Shown here piece after piece: positions 26,291 through 32,000 of a stretch of DNA of 32,000 nucleotides (the stretch's first letter is position 1; the number at the start of each line of letters is the position of its first letter). The stretch covers positions 180,001 to 212,000 of the forward strand of contig NZ_JBHSTI010000002.1 of the NCBI RefSeq assembly GCF_042660085.1, written 5' to 3'. A program made the position numbers and the translations under genes. Origin of the DNA: Longivirga aurantiaca. Its GTDB lineage: Bacteria > Actinomycetota > Actinomycetes > S36-B12 > CAIYMF01. The notes under the pieces were generated by a model, which searched no databases, was not told the DNA's origin, and saw only the letters and a program-made list of their open reading frames with translations.

Positions 26291-26854
26291 TCAGAACCGG
26301 ACCTGCGGGGGAGGCTCCTGGCCCTCCGCCGCCTGGTAGAAGGCGCGGGGCCGGACGCCTGCCGGTCCGGCCATCCACATCCAGGGGATGGTGGCCAGGC
26401 TGGTGTTCAGCGTCGAGACCGAGTCGTTGTAGTACTGCCGGGCGAACGCGAGCTGGTCCTCGGTGGAGGCCAACTGCTCCTGCAGGGAGATGAACCCCTG
26501 CGACGCCTTGAGGTCGGGATACGCCTCGGCAACGGCGTTGATGTGCAGGATGCCGCGCTGGAGCGCGGCCTCGGCCGCTGCGCGCTGCTCGACCGTCGCG
26601 CCGGCACCGGTCGCGCTCGCCACCTGCGCACGTGCCTGGGTCACCTCGTCGAAGACGGCGCGCTCGTGGGCGGCGTAGCCCTTCACCGTCTCCACGAGGT
26701 TGGGGACGAGGTCGGCGCGCCGCGTCAGCTGGACGTCGATGCCCCCGAGCGCCTCCTGCGCCGAGACGTCCTGCGTGCGCAGCCGGTTGAAGGCCACGGC
26801 GGCGAGGACGAGCCCGACCACGACCACCATCACCAGCACGACGATCCAGATCAT
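26291..26854 (-). CDS. lemA: LemA family protein
   Basis: The ATG at 26854 follows AGGAG. The product has an N-terminal TM (MIWIVVLVMVVVVGLVLAAVAF) and LemA motifs (DVQLTRRADLVPNLVETVKGYAAHE ... AEAYPDLKAS ... ARQYYNDSV). Confidence 0.85.
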   Translation of the reverse strand: MIWIVVLVMVVVVGLVLAAVAFNRLRTQDVSAQEALGGIDVQLTRRADLVPNLVETVKGYAAHERAVFDEVTQARAQVASATGAGATVEQRAAAEAALQRGILHINAVAEAYPDLKASQGFISLQEQLASTEDQLAFARQYYNDSVSTLNTSLATIPWMWMAGPAGVRPRAFYQAAEGQEPPPQVRF

Positions 26855-26897
26855 CGTCCGCTCCTCTCCTCGACGTCGTACCGCGCGCGGTCGACCG

Positions 26898-28676
26898 TCA
26901 CCAGGAACCGCCGCCACCGCCACCGCCGCCACCGAACCCGCCTCCGCCGCCGCCACCGCCACCGCTCGAGTGCGCGGAGGAGTAGGCGGCCACGGAGGTG
27001 TTGACGGCGACGTCGAAGGTGCTGAAGCTCCCGGCCTCGAAGTCAGACCAGCCGTAGTTGCCGGCGTACCACGTCGGCGCGGGGGTCTCGCGGCCCATGG
27101 ATGTGCGGTACATCCCGGCCCACGCGTCGGCGCAGCCGAATGCGACGGCGTACGGGACGTAGGCGATCCAGAGGGAGTCCCGCGCTGCGAAGTCGTACCT
27201 GTCCTCCGACGACGGCGTCGAGAGGAACGTCCGGAACCCCAGAGCCTGCATCCAGGCCTCCCGCGCCCCCGGTGTCCGGCGCCGCGCCATACCGGTGGCG
27301 AGGACCGGTGCGCCGACGAGCGCGAAGGCGACGAAGGGAAGCCCCAACAGCATCGGCGTGTTCAGGCCGAGCACGGCACCGATCCCCAGGCTGAGCATCA
27401 CGGCGACCCGACCGGCGACGACGACGGGGTCGCGCCGCCACAGCCCTGCCCCCGCCCAGTCGTCCACTGCCGTCTCCAGCGCGGCGACCGTGTGCCGCAC
27501 CAGTGCGCCCGTCGGCTCGTCGGCCCTTGCGGTGAACGTGTCACCCGTCTCGTCCAGCTGGAGTCCCGCGAGGACCGCCTCGGCGACGGGGTCCAACGGC
27601 GACCGGGCGTACCCCGTCCGCCGGACGGCCCAGGCGCCGTGGTCGCCCTCGAGCGTCACGACGCCGAGGTCGGCGAGGTGCAGCACCGTCGCCGTGAGCG
27701 CGTGGTCGCCCGTCGTCTCCGTGATCAGGTACTCGCACTGCACGGGTCCGAGGCCCCGAGGCGGCTCGTACACGAGCGGTGCTCCCGGCGGCCTCTCGCG
27801 AGCCCGCCACACGAGCGCCGCGGCGGCGGCCGCCCCGCAGAGGGTGAGCACGAGGAGGAACCCCACGAATCCGGGGTCGTCACCGAGGTACAGGTCCCAG
27901 GCGGGACCCCACGGCAGTTGCGAGCCCGCCCCCGGCGTCGCGGCGGAGTAGGCGGCCACCTCGACGCCGGTGCGCGGCCTCATGTCGCCCACGCGGACGC
28001 TGATCGAGGTCGTCCCTGTCCCGTCCACGGTGCACCCGTCCGGTGCCGTCGTGCGGCACATCGCCTCGGTCACCGGGCTGGGCAGCCTCACGTGCGCCGA
28101 ACCGCTGAGGATCCGCATCTCCCAGAACGGTGCGACGACCCACCAGGCGAAGACCGACTGCTCGCTGCCGTCCCGCGCGCCGCTGACCGTCGCGCCCAGC
28201 GTCGCGACGTCGCGCACCGGGCGCAGGACGTCGCTCACCGTGTAGCTCAGGACGTAGCGGTGCGACCCGGCGGCGAGCAGCACGTCCGGGTCGCCGATCT
28301 TGGCCACGACGACCGTGCCCTCGCGCCAGACCTCCAGAGGTTCGGGACTGCCGTCCCGGGTGGCGTACACCTCCGTGACCCTGGAGCGGGCCGAGCTGTC
28401 GACCGGGTCGGCCTCGTCCCAGAAGCGGTAGACGCCATGCCGCCCGTACGGGAAGACCGCGTCGAAGGTCTCCACCACGGTCAGCGTCCCGTCGGCGGTG
28501 ACGTCGAGGTCGGCGTTGAACCAGGTCACGACGACGGGGTCCGGCTCGCTCGAGCCCCCGGAGGACGGGCCGGCTCGGAGGAACCACAGCACCCCGCCGC
28601 CGACCACGACCAGGGCGAGCATGGCCAGGGTCGCCATCGCGACCGAGATCTGCGGCTTCTGGCGCTGTGCGCTCAT
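26898..28676 (-). CDS. DUF2207 domain membrane protein with poly-glycine C-terminal tail
   Basis: The ATG at 28676 follows GGGAGG. The layout is an N-terminal TM, an extracytoplasmic domain (FPYGRHGVYRFWD...), three or more TMs, then SSGGGGGGGGGFGGGGGGGGGSW. This is the usual partner of LemA. Confidence 0.8.
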   Translation of the reverse strand: MSAQRQKPQISVAMATLAMLALVVVGGGVLWFLRAGPSSGGSSEPDPVVVTWFNADLDVTADGTLTVVETFDAVFPYGRHGVYRFWDEADPVDSSARSRVTEVYATRDGSPEPLEVWREGTVVVAKIGDPDVLLAAGSHRYVLSYTVSDVLRPVRDVATLGATVSGARDGSEQSVFAWWVVAPFWEMRILSGSAHVRLPSPVTEAMCRTTAPDGCTVDGTGTTSISVRVGDMRPRTGVEVAAYSAATPGAGSQLPWGPAWDLYLGDDPGFVGFLLVLTLCGAAAAAALVWRARERPPGAPLVYEPPRGLGPVQCEYLITETTGDHALTATVLHLADLGVVTLEGDHGAWAVRRTGYARSPLDPVAEAVLAGLQLDETGDTFTARADEPTGALVRHTVAALETAVDDWAGAGLWRRDPVVVAGRVAVMLSLGIGAVLGLNTPMLLGLPFVAFALVGAPVLATGMARRRTPGAREAWMQALGFRTFLSTPSSEDRYDFAARDSLWIAYVPYAVAFGCADAWAGMYRTSMGRETPAPTWYAGNYGWSDFEAGSFSTFDVAVNTSVAAYSSAHSSGGGGGGGGGFGGGGGGGGGSW

Positions 28677-29096
28677 GGGACGCCTCCCGCTCGACTGCGA
28701 GGCTAGTCGCGTCGGCAGGGTCGTTGCAGGTCCGGCGAGCCGTGACGCGACCGCCCGGTGAGGAGCGTGCGGGTCGTCCCAGGCGGGCCGACGTTCAGGC
28801 GCGTAGGGCCTCGGCGAACTCCTGGAACTCGTTGACGAGGACGTCCTGTCGACCTCGGTGTGGGCGAGGGAGAAGCCACTGCTCGTCGAGCCCGGGCGGG
28901 GTGGGGACGCCGCGGTTGACCCCCACAGCCACGACTGCCGGGCGGCACCGAAGCGGTGCGCTCGTTGTCCGCACGTGCTCCGACCGGGACAGGTTCGCCT
29001 TCGCCATCTTCAGCAGCAGCATGTTCATCACGTGGCAGAAGACGATCGGCGGGCGTCCGACCCTCTTGCTGGGTTTCCGCTGGGGCCTTCACAGAC

Positions 29097-29171
29097 GACA
29101 GAGGCGCACTCCAGCGTTTGCGCTGGTAGATCGGGTGGGCCGCCTGGGGATCGAACCCAGAACCCGCGGAT
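29097..29171. repeat. direct repeat copy (att-like) overlapping the 3' half of tRNA-Lys
   Basis: Partner of 23916-23989. It covers tRNA positions from the last anticodon-loop nucleotide to the 3' end (29136-29171), plus 39 nt downstream that include the conserved hairpin CCAGCG-TTTG-CGCTGG. Confidence 0.65.
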
Positions 29172-29208
29172 TAAAAGTCCGCTGCTCTGCCAGTTGAGCT
29201 AACGGCCC
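29136..29208 (-). tRNA. tRNA-Lys (anticodon UUU)
   Basis: The minus-strand sequence is GGGCCGTTAGCTCAACTGGCAGAGCAGCGGACTTTTAATCCGCGGGTTCTGGGTTCGATCCCCAGGCGGCCCA. Acceptor stem is GGGCCGT/GCGGCCC. Anticodon arm is GCGGA-CTTTTAA-TCCGC. T arm is CTGGG-TTCGATC-CCCAG. The 3' CCA is not encoded. Confidence 0.9.
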
Positions 29209-29253
29209 GACGTACCTCGGGACTGTAGCCGCAGGCAGGCGCCAGTCGTCGCG

Positions 29254-30213
29254 TCAGTGGTCGTCCAGGCCGGTGAGGCGGGGAGCGAAGGTGGCGCCGC
29301 CGTCCACGGACTCGTGGACCTTCCCGCCCCCGAGCACGGCGACCCGTCCGTCCGCCGCTGCGAACGCCTCGGGCCGCGCGCCGATCCCGCCGGTCCGGAT
29401 CCATGTCGCACCACCGTCGGACGATACGTGCGCGGCCCCATCCGGGGAGACGCCGTACGCCGTGCCCGCGGAGAAGGCGACGAAGGCCAGCAGCGGCGCC
29501 TCGGCGATGGGGCTCCACGACGTGCCCGCGTCGGTCGACAGCAACGGCCCGTTCTCGGTGGTGGCGAGGGCTCGGCCCGGAGAACTCGGGTCCAGCGCGA
29601 CGTCGAAGACGCCCGGGTTGTCCAGCCTGGTCCAGCTCGCCCCCTTGTCCTGCGAGCGCAGCAGGGCGCCGTCGTGGGCGGAGACGCCCAGGACCGTCGC
29701 GCCCGAGGCGGTGAGCCGGTGGAAGTCGACCTCCCCGAGCAGGCTCACCGTCGTCCAGGTGCGTCCGTCGGCCGAGGCCCGGAGGCCGAGGTCCGCGGGC
29801 AGGTCGTCATCGGGTGCGGGGTGGCCGGAGGCGAGCCACCGGCGGCCGTCGTAGGCGAGCCCCATGACGTCGAACCCGGTCTCGCTGCGCAGCTCGGGCG
29901 CTCGCCCCTGCTGCTGGAGGAACAGGCCGCCGTGGGTGCCGAGGACGAGCGTGTCGCCGTCGTAGGCGAGGTTGTGAACGTGCCCCCAGCCGATGCCGTC
30001 GACATCGACGGGCACGGTTGCCGGCGGCGTGCCGGCGGGGGAGGGCGGAGCGGATGAGGCGGGGGAGGCCGACGCCGAGGCTGCGGCCGTCGGCGGCGCG
30101 GGAGCGGCAGTCGCGCCGCACGCGGTCAGCAGGAGGGCGCCGGCCGTCGCGGCGGCGGCCGGCGTCGACCGGTCGAGGACCCGGCGGAGGTGGTGCGTCC
30201 GGCGTTCGCTCAT
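29254..30213 (-). CDS. lipoprotein with BNR/Asp-box repeats (beta-propeller, sialidase-fold-like; F510_1955-type)
   Basis: The N-terminus has twin Arg and the lipobox LLTAC. A Pro/Ala/Ser linker follows, then repeated S-x-D-x-G-x-(T/S)-W boxes (SADGRTWT, SQDKGASWT, STDAGTSWS, SSDGGATWI, SVDGGATF). Confidence 0.75.
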   Translation of the reverse strand: MSERRTHHLRRVLDRSTPAAAATAGALLLTACGATAAPAPPTAAASASASPASSAPPSPAGTPPATVPVDVDGIGWGHVHNLAYDGDTLVLGTHGGLFLQQQGRAPELRSETGFDVMGLAYDGRRWLASGHPAPDDDLPADLGLRASADGRTWTTVSLLGEVDFHRLTASGATVLGVSAHDGALLRSQDKGASWTRLDNPGVFDVALDPSSPGRALATTENGPLLSTDAGTSWSPIAEAPLLAFVAFSAGTAYGVSPDGAAHVSSDGGATWIRTGGIGARPEAFAAADGRVAVLGGGKVHESVDGGATFAPRLTGLDDH

Positions 30214-30400
30214 GAGGTGATCCGCTCCTCGTGGTGCTCGTGGACGACGTCCCTGCCGCAGGGACGGATAACGGCCGGCCAGTGTTCCCGCCGGACCCTG
30301 CGGCGGGGCTCACATGCCGGGCCGCGGGTGCCCGGGGAGCGGAGCCCGGCCGCATCGCGGACAATGGGACCACCCTCGACCCGAGCCCGAGAGAAGCGCC

Positions 30401-31657
30401 GTGACCACCGACCCGCAGACCGACGTCGTACGAACCGACGTCCTGGTCGTCGGCGCCGGCCCCGGCGGGTCCTCCGCTGCGATCCACCTGGCCCGGCTCG
30501 GCCGTGACGTGCTGCTCGTGGACGGCGCGGAGTTCCCGCGCGACAAGGCCTGCGGCGACGGCCTCACGCCGCGCGCAGTGGCCGAGCTGCAGACGCTGAA
30601 GCTCGACCACATCCTGGAGGGCGGCCCGGTCAACAAGGGGCTGCGCGGCCACGGCTTCGGCCGCAGCCTCATGCTCCCGTGGAACGGACCGCACCTGCCC
30701 AAGCACGGCTCCGCCATCGCGCGCACCGTGCTCGACAACGCGCTGCGCGACGCCGCCCTCGACGCCGGCGCCACCGGCCTCGACGGGCACAAGGCCGTCG
30801 ACGTCGAGCTGACGGGCGGCCGCCTCACGACCGTCCTGCTGCGCGGCCGCGACGGCACGGTCCGCGTCGAGGCCGAGCACGTGATCGTGGCCGACGGCGG
30901 CAAGTCGCACCTCGGCCGCCTGCTCGGGCGCGCGTGGCACAAGGAGACCGTGTTCGGCGTCGCGTCGCGCGCGTACGCGACGAGCCCGATGGCCGACGAC
31001 CCGTGGATCACCTCGCACCTCGAGCTCCGCGACGAGTCCGGCCGCATGATGGGCGGCTACGGCTGGGTCTTCCCGCTCGGCAACGGCCTCGTCAACGTCG
31101 GCGCGGGCACCCTCGCGACGAGCAAGCGACCGGCCAACATCAACCTGCGCAAGCTCACCGAGGAGTACGCCCGCCAGCGCCGCGACGAGTGGCAGCTCGG
31201 CGAGCTCACCGGCTACGGCTCGGCGCCGCTGCCCATGGGCGGCGCGGTCAGCAACGTGGCGGGCCGCAACTGGATGCTCATCGGCGACGCCGCCGCGTGC
31301 ATCAACCCGCTCAACGGCGAGGGCATCGACTACGCGCTCGAGACCGGGCGCCTCGCGGCCGAGCACATCGTCGAGAGCGGCGCGCGTCCGGACTTCACGG
31401 CGTCCTGGCCGGCCGAGCTCTACGCCGAGTACGGCGAGGCCTTCTCCATCGCGCGACGCCTCGGCATCCTCATCACCCACGAGCGGCTGCTCGCGATGTC
31501 GGGCCCGATCGGGATGCGCATCCCCGCGATCATGGCGGTCGCCTTCCGCGTCATGGGCAACCTCGTCACGCCCGAGGACAGCGACGTCGTCGCCAGGGCC
31601 TGGCGCACCGCCGGCCGCGCCTCGCTGCGCCTCGACCGCCGCCGCCCTTTCCACTGA
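30401..31657 (+). CDS. geranylgeranyl reductase family FAD-dependent oxidoreductase (MenJ-like possibility)
   Basis: GTG start at 30401. DVLVVGAGPGGSSAA is the FAD-binding GxGxxG motif, followed by FPRDKACGDGLTPRA and LIGDAAACINPLNGEGI. Confidence 0.85.
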   Translation: MTTDPQTDVVRTDVLVVGAGPGGSSAAIHLARLGRDVLLVDGAEFPRDKACGDGLTPRAVAELQTLKLDHILEGGPVNKGLRGHGFGRSLMLPWNGPHLPKHGSAIARTVLDNALRDAALDAGATGLDGHKAVDVELTGGRLTTVLLRGRDGTVRVEAEHVIVADGGKSHLGRLLGRAWHKETVFGVASRAYATSPMADDPWITSHLELRDESGRMMGGYGWVFPLGNGLVNVGAGTLATSKRPANINLRKLTEEYARQRRDEWQLGELTGYGSAPLPMGGAVSNVAGRNWMLIGDAAACINPLNGEGIDYALETGRLAAEHIVESGARPDFTASWPAELYAEYGEAFSIARRLGILITHERLLAMSGPIGMRIPAIMAVAFRVMGNLVTPEDSDVVARAWRTAGRASLRLDRRRPFH

Positions 31658-31670
31658 TCCCCCCGGCTTG

Positions 31671-31773
31671 GCTGGGTGGGGAATCCGTCGTAGAGAGCAC
31701 GCGCGTTACCCAGCCACGCCGGTGCTCGGGTAGCTGCGTGGGGAATCCGTCGCAGAGCGCACGCTCGTTACCC
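31671..31773. repeat. tandem 41-nt direct repeat (period 62 nt) in the 5' region of the next gene
   Basis: GCTGGGTGGGGAATCCGTCGTAGAGAGCACGCGCGTTACCC (31671-31711) versus GCTGCGTGGGGAATCCGTCGCAGAGCGCACGCTCGTTACCC (31733-31773), with 4 mismatches in 41. The second copy runs into the perfect palindrome GTTACCCGGGTAAC (31767-31780), 8 nt from the ATG. Confidence 0.6.
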
Positions 31774-31788
31774 GGGTAACGTGGCGCA

Positions 31789-32000
31789 ATGACGTCGACC
31801 GCCGACAAGGCCGCCCTCCTGCAGCAGCTGCACGCCGACCCCGAGCTGCTCGTGCTCGTCAACGTCTGGGACGTCATCACCGCGCAGGTCGCCGCGGCAA
31901 CGCCCGGCGTGAGGGCGATCGCCACGGCCAGCCACTCGATCGCCGTCGCGCACGGCTACCCCGACGGCGAGGTGATCCCGCGCGACGAGATGCTCGAGAC
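31789..32000 (+). CDS. isocitrate lyase / PEP mutase family protein, N-terminal fragment (3' end outside the window)
   Basis: My own translation from the ATG at 31789 is MTSTADKAALLQQLHADPELLVLVNVWDVITAQVAAATPGVRAIATASHSIAVAHGYPDGEVIPRDEMLE. This is the typical N-terminus of the ICL/PEPM superfamily (L.LPN.WD..SA...). Codons are GC3-rich. It is absent from the ORF track only because no stop falls in the window. Confidence 0.75.
   Translation, partial: MTSTADKAALLQQLHADPELLVLVNVWDVITAQVAAATPGVRAIATASHSIAVAHGYPDGEVIPRDEMLE

Larger units (their letters stand above)
20336..29171. mobile_element. decayed, probably composite integrative island remnant anchored at tRNA-Lys
   Basis: The region is bounded by three copies of tRNA-Lys 3'-half-related sequence: intact at 29136-29208, a ~91% copy at 23916-23989, and a degenerate copy at 20336-20418. 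A 5'-truncated tyrosine recombinase lies at 23440-23730. Confidence 0.45.

Noticed and set aside
23625-27004. Overlapping giant ORFs 23625..26378 (-) and 24359..27004 (+).
   Set aside because: Both overlap the EEP-fusion gene and lemA out of frame or antisense, and both are dominated by Arg/Pro/Gly runs. The EEP and LemA frames carry the catalytic and family motifs.
26700-28706. A 668-aa plus-strand ORF.
   Set aside because: It is antisense to the DUF2207 gene and has no motifs. The DUF2207 frame has an SD site, TM segments and the family signature.
29807-31654. A 615-aa minus-strand ORF, together with the plus-frame ORF 30679..31779.
   Set aside because: Both are shadows of the geranylgeranyl-reductase-family gene, whose own frame carries the GxGxxG FAD motif.
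31671-31794. The tandem repeat as a guanidine-II (mini-ykkC) style tandem-hairpin riboswitch.
   Set aside because: Guanidine-II hairpins have conserved ACGR tetraloops on short GC stems. I cannot place ACGR loops on either unit, and the downstream gene is not a guanidine-related transporter or carboxylase.
1-32000. A search of the whole window for CRISPR arrays, rRNA, IS elements or transposases, and known defence or toxin-antitoxin genes.
   Set aside because: I saw no regularly spaced repeat-spacer array, no rRNA-like conserved blocks, no DDE or transposase motifs, and no recognisable TA or defence domains. The only mobile-element signal is the truncated tyrosine recombinase and the tRNA-derived repeats.

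Overview
This is a very GC-rich, actinobacterial-type chromosomal window (taxon not determinable by eye; GC not computed). All family calls come from reading the supplied translations and recalling motifs. No database search was run.

Gene calling: the six-frame track is full of long Arg/Pro/Gly/Ala-rich shadow ORFs lying antisense or out of frame to real genes. I chose genes by recognisable motifs, GC3-rich codon usage, SD-like sequences and ATGA/GTGA start-stop overlaps.

First ~20 kb (ordinary housekeeping and accessory metabolism):
- tdh (partial) and kbl
- a small secreted protein and a DUF1232 membrane protein
- a cytoplasmic GH3 beta-glucosidase
- a secreted SGNH hydrolase and a SOUL haem-binding-like protein
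- a PadR-DUF1048-ABC ATPase-ABC-2 permease operon, divergent from a DksA/TraR zinc-finger gene
- a DUF2306 membrane protein
- a HisKA_3 kinase with a NarL/LuxR response regulator
- a 47-aa membrane micro-ORF, a DUF4242 protein and a SARP/BTAD regulator
- an arylsulfatase / UPF0104-type membrane protein / SulP-STAS operon

Most interesting region (about 20.3-29.2 kb):
- An intact tRNA-Lys(UUU) sits at 29136-29208 on the minus strand.
- Its 3' half plus ~39 nt of downstream flank is repeated about 5.1 kb away (23916-23989, ~91% identical).
- A more degenerate tRNA-Lys-like remnant lies at ~20336-20418.
- A 5'-truncated tyrosine-recombinase remnant (23440-23730) sits beside the middle copy.
- I read this as a decayed, possibly two-step (tandem) integrative island at tRNA-Lys.
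- Cargo of the inner segment: a polytopic-membrane/EEP-phosphodiesterase fusion, LemA, and a DUF2207 protein with a poly-Gly tail.
- Cargo of the outer segment: a 795-aa secreted Ig-like-repeat protein and a small alpha+beta protein.

The window ends with a BNR/Asp-box lipoprotein, a geranylgeranyl-reductase-family flavoprotein and a partial PEP-mutase/isocitrate-lyase-family gene.

Non-coding oddities:
- three related GC-rich palindromic hairpins (2072-2241)
- a perfect 15-bp inverted repeat next to the integrase remnant
- a 41-nt tandem direct repeat plus a perfect 14-bp palindrome directly upstream of the PEP-mutase-family gene

I did not find a CRISPR array, rRNA, intact transposase or a recognisable defence or toxin system. 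The island cargo is the best candidate for something uncharacterised, but that is inference only.
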